From positions 59,467 through 123,466 of the forward strand of contig DASTJZ010000075.1 in assembly GCA_035716185.1 (NCBI GenBank): a stretch of 64,000 bases of DNA, in the 5' to 3' direction. Position 1 is the first letter of the stretch; every line of letters begins with the position of its first letter. The notes under the pieces are model-generated. The model ran no database searches. It had not been told where the DNA came from and was given only the letters and a program-made list of their open reading frames with translations. The DNA is from Candidatus Dormiibacterota bacterium (GTDB lineage: Bacteria > Chloroflexota > Dormibacteria > CF-121). This document shows positions 8,910 through 18,302 of this stretch, piece after piece. A program made the position numbers and the translations under genes.

Positions 8910-9731
8910 CTGCTCCTGCTCGGCGATGAGCCCGGGATCGAGCTGGCGGCGCAGCTCTATCAGGCCGGCTTGGCTGCGGCGGGCGTCGCGGCAACCTGCG
9001 AAATCCGCAGGCTGGCGGCTAACGACCTGGCCGCCGCCGTACAGAGCATGCGAGCAGATCCAACCGTTCTCGGGGCGGCGGTGACCATGCCGCACACGGT
9101 TCCGGTGGCTCGGCTGCTCGACGGCCTCGGTCCCGAGGCGCAGACCATCAAGGCGGTCAATACCGTCAGCCATCGATCGGGGGCACTGATCGGCTGGAAC
9201 ACCGATCGGCCCGCCTTTACCCTGGCCCTGGAGGAGGCCGGCTACTCGCCGAAGGGGCGATCGGCGTTGGTGCTGGGCGCCGGTGGAGCGGCCCGGGCCT
9301 GCGCGGATGCGCTGCGAGAATCCGCCGTAAAGATCTGGATTGCGAGCCAGGATCTCGACCAGGCGCGCGCCCTCTGCCGCGATCTGCAGATCGGCGACGG
9401 TGGGCCAGCCCCGATCGGCTCGCTGGCGCTGGTGAGCAAGAAGGTCGACCTCGTCGTGAATGCCACACCGGTCGGCAGCGACGGAGCGACCGTGATTTTC
9501 CCGGTTGACTGGATTGCGCCCAGCCAGTTTGTCTTCGACCTTATCTATTACCCGCCGGTGACCCCCCTGGTCCAGGGTGCCCGGGCCCGAGGCGCCCGCG
9601 CCATCAACGGTGTGAGCATGCTGCTCTTTGCCGGCCTCAATGCCATCGAACTCTGGACGGGGCAGCCGGCCGTCGAAGGCGCCATGCGAGCCGCGCTGGA
9701 GCGGGCCGTACTTGGCCGGATGACCTCGTGA
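8910..9731 (+). CDS. aroE: Shikimate 5-dehydrogenase (start uncertain; no ATG/GTG/TTG between the mltG stop and the conserved N-terminus)
   Basis: ...RLLLLGDEPGIELAAQLYQAGLAAAG... NTDRPAFTLALEEAG... LVLGAGGAARACADAL. The first in-frame candidate after the mltG stop is CTG 8910, preceded by GAGGGTGGG. Confidence 0.8.
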   Translation: MLLLGDEPGIELAAQLYQAGLAAAGVAATCEIRRLAANDLAAAVQSMRADPTVLGAAVTMPHTVPVARLLDGLGPEAQTIKAVNTVSHRSGALIGWNTDRPAFTLALEEAGYSPKGRSALVLGAGGAARACADALRESAVKIWIASQDLDQARALCRDLQIGDGGPAPIGSLALVSKKVDLVVNATPVGSDGATVIFPVDWIAPSQFVFDLIYYPPVTPLVQGARARGARAINGVSMLLFAGLNAIELWTGQPAVEGAMRAALERAVLGRMTS

Positions 9732-10399
9732 ACCAGCTCGTCTTCGCGCTCGGCTGGGGCTTGCTTGGCGGGGTCGTGGGGGTCGGCCTGAATTACCTCT
9801 CCCGATGGCTGGCTCGCGTCGAGCAGATCGAGTTCGCGCAATCGCTGCCCGAAACGCTCTTGATGCCGGCCGTTGGAGCTGCGCTCTTCTTTCTGTTCGC
9901 CTGGCAGCTCGGGATGCAACGGCTGCTCCTCATCGACTCGGTGTACGTGGCGATCCTGGTCCAGGTCCTGGCCTTCGACCTGAAAACTCGCTACATCCTC
10001 GACCTGGTGATGTTTCCGAGCTGGGTGATCGCGCTGGCACTGGCATTCGTCACGCCCTGGACGCCTTATCTGTCCTGGCCGGGACCAGACTGGCGCACCG
10101 CCGTGCTCGCCGGCCTGATCGCGGGCGGCGTCTTCCTTCTCCTCTACCTGGGTGGACAGTGGCTGTTTGGCGCCGAGGCCTTTGGGTTCGGGGATGTGAA
10201 GCTGGCGGTGTTCATCGGGCTGGTCAGCGGGCTCACCGGCCTCCGAATGGTGCATGCCCTGCTCTATGGCGTGTTCCTGGGCGGTTTTGTGGCGATAATT
10301 CTGCTCATCACGCGCATCCGGAAGCTCAAAGAGGCGGTTCCCTACGGGCCGTTCCTGGTGATCGGGACGCTGATCATCCTCTACACGCAGGCGCCGTGA
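9728..10399 (+). CDS. Type IV prepilin peptidase family (A24) membrane aspartyl protease, no N-terminal methyltransferase domain
   Basis: GTGA overlap with aroE. Polytopic, with AFDLKTRYILD and FGFGDVKLAVFIGLVSGL (GxGDxK) catalytic-Asp motifs. Confidence 0.75.
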   Translation: MNQLVFALGWGLLGGVVGVGLNYLSRWLARVEQIEFAQSLPETLLMPAVGAALFFLFAWQLGMQRLLLIDSVYVAILVQVLAFDLKTRYILDLVMFPSWVIALALAFVTPWTPYLSWPGPDWRTAVLAGLIAGGVFLLLYLGGQWLFGAEAFGFGDVKLAVFIGLVSGLTGLRMVHALLYGVFLGGFVAIILLITRIRKLKEAVPYGPFLVIGTLIILYTQAP

Positions 10400-10878
10400 A
10401 CCCCCACGAGCTCCTGCCGGGCGAGAGGATCCTGGTCAGCTCTTCGCGCCACTGGGTCGTCCTGGTAAAGCCATTCGTTGCAACCCTGCTGGCGCTGGCG
10501 GTCTGTATCGTCGTCGTGATCCTGCTGCCGATCACGACCGAGCTGCGGCTGCTCCTGATGCTCGGGGCGCTGGTGGTCAGCCTGGCGGTCCTCAACCTTA
10601 ATTACTGGGGCTGGCGGGCCCATGAGTACGTCCTTACCGACCAGCGGGTGATCCTGAACGAGGGCATCCTCTCCAGGTTCTCCCGCTCGATTGCCATCGA
10701 CCGCATCCAGGATCTCACCACCTTCCAGGGCGTCTGGGGACGGGCCTGGGGCTTCGGCGACATCGAGCTCGAATCGGCCGGGAGGGAAAGTGGGGAGGTC
10801 TTGAGCACGGTGCCGCGTCCCCAGCAGCTTCGCAACGCGATCTTTGCGCAGATCGAGGCTCGTCGCCGGGCCGGCTAA
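10396..10878 (+). CDS. Bacterial PH-domain (bPH_2, YdbS/YdbT-like) membrane protein
   Basis: GTG 10396 overlaps the upstream stop. Two TM helices, then ...YVLTDQRVILNEGILSRFSRSIAIDRIQDLTTFQGVWGRAWGFGDIELESAG. The longer ORF-track version (9805..) is an antisense-type extension. Confidence 0.75.
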   Translation: MNPHELLPGERILVSSSRHWVVLVKPFVATLLALAVCIVVVILLPITTELRLLLMLGALVVSLAVLNLNYWGWRAHEYVLTDQRVILNEGILSRFSRSIAIDRIQDLTTFQGVWGRAWGFGDIELESAGRESGEVLSTVPRPQQLRNAIFAQIEARRRAG

Positions 10879-10906
10879 AGACCCACGGTACAATCCGTTC
10901 CCGGAC

Positions 10907-11467
10907 ATGGTTAACCCGCACGATTTCCGCAATGGCATGACCATCGAATGGGAAGGGGATCTCTGGATCGTGGTCGAGTTCCAGCAGGGTCAGAACGCCC
11001 GCGGCGATACCTTCTTTCGGACCAAGCTCAAGAACGTGAAGTCTGGGGCCATCATCGACCAGAAGTTCCGTGACAAGGACCGGTTCGCCCGCGCTCGGAT
11101 CGAGAAGGTCCCCATGCAGTACCTTTACAGCGACGGCGACCGTCATTTCTTCATGGACCTGCAGAACTACGACCAGATGCCGCTGAACGACGACCAGCTC
11201 GGCGACACGCTGAAGTACCTGAAAGAAAACACGTCGATCGACGTGCTCATGTACGACGGCCAGCCTCTCGGCGTGGAGCTGCCGACCACGGTGGATTTGA
11301 GGGTCACGCAAACGGCTCCCGGGTTTCGTGGCGATACCGCGGCCGGCGGCGGAAAACCCGCCACTACCGAAACCGGGCTCACCCTCAATGTGCCCTTTTT
11401 CGTCAACCAGGGCGACGTCGTGCGGGTCGACACCCGTAGCGGCGCCTACGTGGAGCGCGTAACGTGA
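10907..11467 (+). CDS. efp: Elongation factor P
   Basis: ATG 10907 MVNPHDFRNGMTIEWEGDLWIVVEFQQGQNARGDTFFRTKLKNVKSGAIIDQKFRD... Confidence 0.95.
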   Translation: MVNPHDFRNGMTIEWEGDLWIVVEFQQGQNARGDTFFRTKLKNVKSGAIIDQKFRDKDRFARARIEKVPMQYLYSDGDRHFFMDLQNYDQMPLNDDQLGDTLKYLKENTSIDVLMYDGQPLGVELPTTVDLRVTQTAPGFRGDTAAGGGKPATTETGLTLNVPFFVNQGDVVRVDTRSGAYVERVT

Positions 11468-11814
11468 GCGACCGGCCTCTGGGGTCGGTGAAGGTCGCTA
11501 ACGAGGTGATCGCCCACATCGCCTCGCTCACCGCCGCCCAGGTGCAGGGCATCGTGGGAATGTACCCGGCGCGCTCTCGCGACGGCCATCGGGTATTGCC
11601 GGTTAGCACCTCGTACAAGGGCGTCCGGGTCGATATGGGGCATGACGCGCTGAACATCGAGCTGTTTGTCATCGTCGACCATTCGGCCCACGTTCCGACC
11701 GTGGCGGCGGAGGTCCAGCGGCAGGTAGCGGATGCGATCGACAAGATGCTTGGGCTCGAGGTGCGCCAGGTCAATGTTTTCGTCGGCGATGTGAGGTTTC
11801 CCGAGGATTCCTAG
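11464..11814 (+). CDS. Asp23/Gls24-family alkaline shock protein
   Basis: GTGA overlap with efp. ...VANEVIAHIASLTAAQVQGIVGM... Confidence 0.8.
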   Translation: MSDRPLGSVKVANEVIAHIASLTAAQVQGIVGMYPARSRDGHRVLPVSTSYKGVRVDMGHDALNIELFVIVDHSAHVPTVAAEVQRQVADAIDKMLGLEVRQVNVFVGDVRFPEDS

Positions 11815-11821
11815 AGCACGG

Positions 11822-12271
11822 ATGGGTCGGCGCCATCTGGCCCGCGAGCTCGCGCTTAAAGTCCTGTTCGAGCTCGAGAGCGAGGGGCGCGAGGATCTGG
11901 ATCGCGCGCTCGAATACCAGGCCGCCGAGGCCAACGCCGACGCCGAAACCATCGATTTCGCCCGAACGCTGATTCGCGGCGTGCTCGAGCACCGGCAGGA
12001 GATCGACGCCCGACTGGCCGAGGCATCCAGCAACTGGGACCTGGATCAGATGGCCAAGGTCGAGCGCACGCTCCTGCGCATCGCGACCTTTGAGCTTTCG
12101 TACCTGACCAGCGTGCCGCTGAAGGCGGCCATCAATGAGTCGATCGAGCTGGCAAAGACCTTCGGCGGGCCGGACTCGGGTAAGTTCGTCAACGGCATCC
12201 TGGGCCGGATCGCCGCCGACCTGCAAAACCGCCCGCCGGCCGCCGATCCGGCCACGGCGAAGGAAGCCTGA
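11822..12271 (+). CDS. nusB: Transcription antitermination factor NusB
   Basis: MGRRHLARELALKVLFELESEG... Confidence 0.9.
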   Translation: MGRRHLARELALKVLFELESEGREDLDRALEYQAAEANADAETIDFARTLIRGVLEHRQEIDARLAEASSNWDLDQMAKVERTLLRIATFELSYLTSVPLKAAINESIELAKTFGGPDSGKFVNGILGRIAADLQNRPPAADPATAKEA

Positions 12272-12273
12272 GT

Positions 12274-12492
12274 TTGGACGAGGACCTGGCGCAGATGGAC
12301 TACGAAACCGCGCTGGCTGAGCTGGAGCGCACGGTGCAGCAGCTTGGACGTGAGCAAGAAGACCTGGCGGAGTCGGTGCGCGCCTTCGAGCGCGGCTTGG
12401 CGCTGGCGCGACGCTGCACCAGGCTGCTGGACGACGCCGAGAAACGGCTTAACGCGCTGGCTCCCGCCGCCGAACGGCCGGCCAGCCCATGA
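12274..12492 (+). CDS. xseB: Exodeoxyribonuclease VII small subunit
   Basis: ...DYETALAELERTVQQLGREQEDLAESVRAFERGLALARRCTRLLDDAEKRL. No xseA is adjacent. Confidence 0.8.
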   Translation: MDEDLAQMDYETALAELERTVQQLGREQEDLAESVRAFERGLALARRCTRLLDDAEKRLNALAPAAERPASP

Positions 12493-12926
12493 CCCTGCTC
12501 CAGAACCCCTACTTCGTCGTTCCCCTGATCGCCTGGGCAATCGCCCAGACGAGCAAGGTGATCATCGACTCCGTGCTGCTCCATCGACTGAGCGTGCGCC
12601 GCCTGGCCACGGCCGGCGGCATGCCCAGCTCGCATAGCGCCCTGGTGGTCTCGTTGACCACCATCATCGGGCGGCTACAGGGGGTTCAGTCGCCGCTGTT
12701 TGCGCTGGCGCTGATCTTCAGTACGGTGGTGATGTACGACGCGACCGGCGTCCGGCGGGCGGCCGGTCAGCAGGCGATGATCCTCAACCATTTGCTCGAT
12801 GACGTCTTCATCGCGCACCGAGGCATCCATCAGGAGCGGCTACGGGAACTCCTGGGCCATACCCCGATCGAGGTGATCGCGGGCGCCATTCTTGGGATTG
12901 TCATCGGCATCGGGCTTTGGCGATGA
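12489..12926 (+). CDS. Divergent PAP2 / YuiD-like (DUF212) membrane protein
   Basis: ATGA overlap with xseB. ...[18 protein letters not shown]...[14 protein letters not shown]...[14 protein letters not shown]... Confidence 0.75.
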   Translation: MTLLQNPYFVVPLIAWAIAQTSKVIIDSVLLHRLSVRRLATAGGMPSSHSALVVSLTTIIGRLQGVQSPLFALALIFSTVVMYDATGVRRAAGQQAMILNHLLDDVFIAHRGIHQERLRELLGHTPIEVIAGAILGIVIGIGLWR

Positions 12927-13660
12927 TGGTCGCCGAACGCCGCCGGTTGGACCAGGCTCTGGTCGAACGCGGCCTGGCGGGCTCTCGCGAGCGGGCGCAG
13001 ACCTTGATCCAGGCGGGCCTCGTTACCGTCGGCGGCACCACCGCTAACCGACCCGACCAGCTGGTCGCCGCCGACCAGGCGATTGCGGTCGCTGGCACCG
13101 ACGGGTACGTGAGCCGCGGCGGCGACAAACTGGCGGCGGCCCTCGAGAGCTTTGCCATCGACGTCGCCAGTCGATCCTGCGTCGACGTCGGGGCGTCGAC
13201 TGGCGGCTTCACGGATGTGCTGCTCCGCCGCGGCGCGAGCCGGGTGATCGCGGTCGACGTCGGGTACGGGCAGCTGGCGTGGAAGCTTCGCCAGGATCCC
13301 AGGGTCATCGTGCTGGAGCGCCAGAACATCCGGCATCTGCAGGCGCTGCCGGCAGCGGCCGACCTGGCGGTCATCGATGTTTCCTTCATCTCGCTCCGGT
13401 TGGTCCTTCCTCAGGTGCGCATCCTGCTCGCACCGCCGGGCGACGTCATTGCGCTGGTCAAGCCCCAGTTCGAAGTCGGAAAGGGTGAGGTTGGCAAGGG
13501 CGGCGTGGTTCGGGATCCGGCCCAACACGAGCGTGTCCTCAGCGAGCTCAACAGTTACGTACGCAACGTTGGCTACGAGCCGATCGGGCAAATTCCGTCG
13601 CCTGTCCTGGGGGCGAAAGGCAACCGCGAGTTCTTCATGTATCTGAAGCCGAATGGCTGA
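12917..13660 (+). CDS. tlyA: TlyA-family rRNA 2'-O-methyltransferase (hemolysin A-like; S4 + FtsJ domains)
   Basis: ...[56 protein letters not shown]... Confidence 0.9.
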   Translation: MAMMVAERRRLDQALVERGLAGSRERAQTLIQAGLVTVGGTTANRPDQLVAADQAIAVAGTDGYVSRGGDKLAAALESFAIDVASRSCVDVGASTGGFTDVLLRRGASRVIAVDVGYGQLAWKLRQDPRVIVLERQNIRHLQALPAAADLAVIDVSFISLRLVLPQVRILLAPPGDVIALVKPQFEVGKGEVGKGGVVRDPAQHERVLSELNSYVRNVGYEPIGQIPSPVLGAKGNREFFMYLKPNG

Positions 13661-14519
13661 GCCTGCTCCGCGGTTGGGCTCACGCGTCGGGATCGTCTGC
13701 CACCCGCAGATCAATCTCGGTGGCCCACCGGTCACCGAGGCGCGCCGCCGTCTCGAACAGCATGGCTATGAGGTCTGGACGTACTGCTCCAATCCGAACG
13801 AGCGCCCCGGCGCGCTTACGCCGAAGCTCGACGGGACTCGTCTGATCGTCAGCATCGGCGGCGACGGCACCATGTTGTGGACGGCCGAGCAAGCCGCGAT
13901 TGGCCGGATTCCGGTGCTGGGCGTCAACGCCGGCCGGCTTGGATTCCTGACCCAGGTCCAGCTCGGCGATGAAGGCAAGGCGCTCGATCGCTGGGCGGCG
14001 GGAGACTTCAAGCTGCAACGCCGGACCCTGCTCGACGTCCGCGTCGGCGAGCGGCTGTTTCATGCCCTCAACGATGCCGTCGTGCACAAAGGTGTCGAGA
14101 TCAACCTGATCCGGCTCGAGGTCACGGTCGACGGCGTATCTGCCGGGCAGTTCGACGCGGACGGCGTCATCGTCTCCACGCCCACGGGATCGACCGGCTA
14201 CGCCCTGTCGCTGGGCGGACCGATCCTGCACCCGGAGGTGCGGGCGCTCGTCTTCATGCCCTTGAACCCACACAGCCTCTTCAATCGACCGATCGTGCTG
14301 CCGGAAAACTCGCATATCATGGTCAGGCTCCCCGCCGCGGCAGCCATTCTCACCTGCGATGGGCAGCAGAATGCCGCGCTTCAGCCCGGCGCCGAGGTCC
14401 AGGTCGCGGCTGGTCTGGAAGTGTCGCTGGTGCAATTCGACGGCGGGCCCAATTTCTTCACGCTGCTGCGCCGGAAACTTCGCTGGGGGATGCCGCTGGT
14501 TGATGGCGACGCCGAATGA
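13653..14519 (+). CDS. nadK: NAD+ kinase
   Basis: GGDGTML motif (...[15 protein letters not shown]...NAGRLGFL...). Confidence 0.9.
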   Translation: MAEPAPRLGSRVGIVCHPQINLGGPPVTEARRRLEQHGYEVWTYCSNPNERPGALTPKLDGTRLIVSIGGDGTMLWTAEQAAIGRIPVLGVNAGRLGFLTQVQLGDEGKALDRWAAGDFKLQRRTLLDVRVGERLFHALNDAVVHKGVEINLIRLEVTVDGVSAGQFDADGVIVSTPTGSTGYALSLGGPILHPEVRALVFMPLNPHSLFNRPIVLPENSHIMVRLPAAAAILTCDGQQNAALQPGAEVQVAAGLEVSLVQFDGGPNFFTLLRRKLRWGMPLVDGDAE

Positions 14520-15016
14520 CGGGCGCCCTCCACCGGGTCGGGCAGTTCTGGCGGCATGCCTCGGCCCGGGTCGGCGTGGAGGAGGCGGCCAATGCCGATC
14601 GGATCCTGGGACCCGCACTGGCGCCGCTGTTCCATGGATTGCCGATCAATGACCAGCGCCACGGCCTCGACGTACTCGAAACCATTACCCGCCTCGATGA
14701 CCATCCAGACCGGCTCCTCCTCCAGGCCGCGCTGCTCCATGACGTGGGGAAGGCCGGCGCCCGATTCTCGGTCGTCGATCGCAGCCTCACCGTTTTCCTT
14801 CGGGCGGTCTCGCCGCGCTTGCTTGACCTGGTCCTTCGTGCCCGCCCTGGGATGGCTCGCCGCTACCGGCTCTATGCCGACCATGCCCGGATCGGCGCCG
14901 AGCGGGTACAAGCGGCCGGGGCGAGCCAGCTGGGGGCGATCATCGCCGAGCACCACGACCCCGAACCGGCATCCGAGGTGACCCGTCACCTGCAGCGCGC
15001 GGATCGGCGAAATTGA
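14516..15016 (+). CDS. HD-domain metal-dependent phosphohydrolase
   Basis: ...INDQRHGLDVLETITRL...LLHDVGK... Confidence 0.65.
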   Translation: MTGALHRVGQFWRHASARVGVEEAANADRILGPALAPLFHGLPINDQRHGLDVLETITRLDDHPDRLLLQAALLHDVGKAGARFSVVDRSLTVFLRAVSPRLLDLVLRARPGMARRYRLYADHARIGAERVQAAGASQLGAIIAEHHDPEPASEVTRHLQRADRRN

Positions 15017-15730
15017 GCGTCAGGCCCGGCGCCGAGATCGAGCGCGATCCCGTCTATCTCGTTCGCACGCCGGCGTTCGATGGACCGATCGAATTGCTAC
15101 TCAGCCTGGTGCAACGCGCCGAGGTCGACCTGAAAGTGATTTCCCTGGCTGGATTGACCGACGACTTTCTGCAGGCCATCGAGCAGGACCGACCGGCGCT
15201 GGATCGGATGGCTGCCTTCCTCGTGATCGCCGCCCGCCTGGTGCAGCTGAAGGCTGCGGCGTTGATGCCGGAGTCGGGCATGCGGGAGGAGGAAGACCTG
15301 CAGGCCTGGGAGGATGCCATCAAAGGACGGCTCGAGGAGTACAAGCGCTTCAAAGAGCTCGCCGAGTCGCTCATGCGGCGACACGCGAGCGGCCGCTTTA
15401 CCTTTGCGGGCTTGCTCGAGCCGGAGGTCATTCCGCTGGCTCGCGTCCAGGTGAGCCTCGACGCGCTGGCGGCAGCCTTCCAGCAGGTGCTCGATCGCTT
15501 GCCGCCACCCGAACAGGTGACCGTCGAGCTCGAAGAGGTGTCGCTTGCCGACAAACTGAGTGAACTGCGGACGATGCTGCGACATCAGCCATCGGTCAAC
15601 TTCAGCGCAATCTTTCGTCATGCCCGCTCCCGGATCGAGGCGGTCGTTACGTTTCTGGCCTTGCTCGAGCTGATTAGAATCGGTGAGGCTCGGGTCACGC
15701 AGCCCTCGACATTCGGGGAGATCACGGTGC

Positions 15731-15738
<8 letters not shown>
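15013..15738 (+). CDS. scpA: Segregation and condensation protein A
   Basis: TTGA overlap start. ...FDGPIELLLSLVQRAEVDLKVISLAGLTDDFLQAIE... Confidence 0.85.
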
Positions 15739-16251
<513 letters not shown>

Positions 16252-16273
<22 letters not shown>

Positions 16274-16959
16274 CTCAGGCGGGCGTTGCTGCCCGCCGCA
16301 AAGCCGACCAGCTGGTCGCCTCCGGCAAGGTGCTCGTCAATGGCCGTGCTGCCATCCCGGGGCAACAGGTGACGCCGGGCGTCGACCAGGTGACGGTCGA
16401 CGGGCGGCCGATCGAGCCAGTCAGCGAGCGGACCTATCTGATGCTGAACAAGCCGGTCGGCGTGCTCAGCAGCGTGGGTGATCCGCGTGGCCGGCCGACC
16501 ATCACGGACCAGCTTGGTGCCGGCCGGCGGGTCTTTCCGGTGGGCCGCCTAGATCTCGACAGCCGCGGACTGGTGTTGCTCACCGACGACGGCGAACTCG
16601 CGATGCGGCTGATGCATCCGCGCTACGGCGTAGAGAAGGAATATATCGTCCTGGTGTCGGGACGACCCAATTCGCAAGCATTTCAGCGCCTCGCCGGCGG
16701 CATGACGATAGGAAGCGAGTCGTTCCAGCCCGCTGATATCCGGATCATCGACCAAGGTCCGAATGAGACGCGGCTCGCGATGGTGCTCCGCGAGGGCCGC
16801 AAGCGCGAGGTCCGCCGGTTGTGGCAGGCCCTCGGCCACCAGGTGATCGACCTGCAACGCGTTCGCATCGATGGGCTCCGGCTGGGTTCCCTCGAGGAAG
16901 GAGGGGTTCGGCCACTGACGGCGGAAGAAGTGGCCAGCCTGAAAGCCGCGGTATCCTGA
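16252..16959 (+). CDS. rluB: S4-domain pseudouridine synthase (RluB/RsuA family); probable ATC start
   Basis: The S4 motif (M)RLNHFLAQAGVAARRKADQLVASGKVLVNGRAA starts at ATC 16252. The first canonical start (GTG 16330) lies inside the S4 domain. PSU core ...RLDLDSRGLVLLTDDGEL... Confidence 0.8.
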
Positions 16960-16971
16960 GCCGCGACAGCG

Positions 16972-17637
16972 ATGATCATCGCCATCGATGGCCCGGCGGG
17001 TTCGGGTAAGACCACCATCGGCCGGATGGTGGCGGAGGCGCTCGGCTTCGGGCTGGTCGATACCGGGCTCTTTTATCGGGCCGTAACGGTCGAAGCCCGC
17101 CGCCGAGGCATCGACCCCGACGACGTCCCCACGCTCACCCAGATGGTCGGCAGCATCCGCATCGATGTCAACACGTCGCCGGTGCGGGGGACCCGACCCC
17201 TGCTCTCGATCGACGGGCACGACATTGGTGGCGAAGCGCACGATCCGGCGATCGCGGCTGACCTCTCGCGGATCTCGCAGGTTCCGGAGGTCCGTCGAAT
17301 GCTGGTCGACGCGCAACGCCGCTCGGCGCGGGGAAATGCCGTCGTCCTTGGGCGCGATATCGGCACGGTAATTTTCCCTGACGCCGAGCTGAAGTTTTTC
17401 TTCACCGCGCCCTCGGCGGAGCGGGTCGCGCGCCGCCGGCGGGAGCTCGAGGAAACGTCCGGCGGGATCACGACCGACGCCCTCCTGGAACAAGAAGTTG
17501 AAGCCCGCGATCGGGCCGATGAACAGCGCAAAATTGCGCCGTTGCGGCCGGCAACCGATGCTATACTGATCGCGACTGAGGGCAAGTCGGTCCGTCAGGT
17601 CTTCGAAGAGGTGATGGCCCGGTTGCCGAAGCACTGA
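16972..17637 (+). CDS. cmk: Cytidylate kinase
   Basis: MIIAIDGPAGSGKTTIGRMVAEALGFGLVDTGLFYR... Confidence 0.95.
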   Translation: MIIAIDGPAGSGKTTIGRMVAEALGFGLVDTGLFYRAVTVEARRRGIDPDDVPTLTQMVGSIRIDVNTSPVRGTRPLLSIDGHDIGGEAHDPAIAADLSRISQVPEVRRMLVDAQRRSARGNAVVLGRDIGTVIFPDAELKFFFTAPSAERVARRRRELEETSGGITTDALLEQEVEARDRADEQRKIAPLRPATDAILIATEGKSVRQVFEEVMARLPKH

Positions 17638-17642
17638 TCGCT

Positions 17643-18302
17643 TTGAGCTATTCCTTCCTCACGCGTCTTGCACGGCTCTTAACCCGCGTCATCCTCGGCC
17701 CAAAATTCCACCTCCAAGGCCGGGACCACGTTCCCCCTTCGGGCCCGTTGCTCATCGTGTCCAACCATGTTGGGGCGATTGATCCGGTGATCATTGGCGG
17801 CTGGACGCCGCGACCGGTCTGGTTCATGGCCAAAGCCGAGCTGTTCGAGGGTGGCTTCGCCTGGTTGATGCGCGGCTATCAAGCGTTTCCCGTGATTCGC
17901 CACTCAGCGGATCGAGCCGCGTTGCGGCGAGCCTTCGATCTTCTCAAGCGAGGCTCGGCGGTCGTCCTCTTTCCTGAGGGACATCGCTCGGAAGACGCCA
18001 GCCTGCTTCGGGCCGAGCCCGGCGCCGGCTTCATCGCTCGACGCTCCGGCGCGCCCCTGCTTCCAATTGCGATCGTCGGCAGCCAGCACGTTCTGGGCCG
18101 CCACCAGCGGGTTCCGCGGCGCGCGGAGGTGGCGATGACGTTTGGCGAACTGTTCCAGCTTCCAGAGCGAAACCGCGATGGTAGCCCGATGGACCATCAA
18201 CAGAGTGCCGACTACCTGATGGCGAAGATCGCCCAGCTCTTGCCGTTGGAAAATCAAGGGGCGTATAGCGGCGCGAATGCGCCAAGGATGGCGCAGGCAT
18301 GA
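17643..18302 (+). CDS. plsC: 1-acyl-sn-glycerol-3-phosphate acyltransferase
   Basis: HxxxxD motif (VSNHVGAIDPVII) and FPEG motif. Confidence 0.85.
   Translation: MSYSFLTRLARLLTRVILGPKFHLQGRDHVPPSGPLLIVSNHVGAIDPVIIGGWTPRPVWFMAKAELFEGGFAWLMRGYQAFPVIRHSADRAALRRAFDLLKRGSAVVLFPEGHRSEDASLLRAEPGAGFIARRSGAPLLPIAIVGSQHVLGRHQRVPRRAEVAMTFGELFQLPERNRDGSPMDHQQSADYLMAKIAQLLPLENQGAYSGANAPRMAQA

Noticed and set aside
9805-10878. 357-aa + ORF spanning the prepilin-peptidase gene in another frame
   Set aside because: Only the last 160 aa (from GTG 10396) match the bPH_2 family; the N-terminal 200 aa are an out-of-frame read of the A24 peptidase gene.
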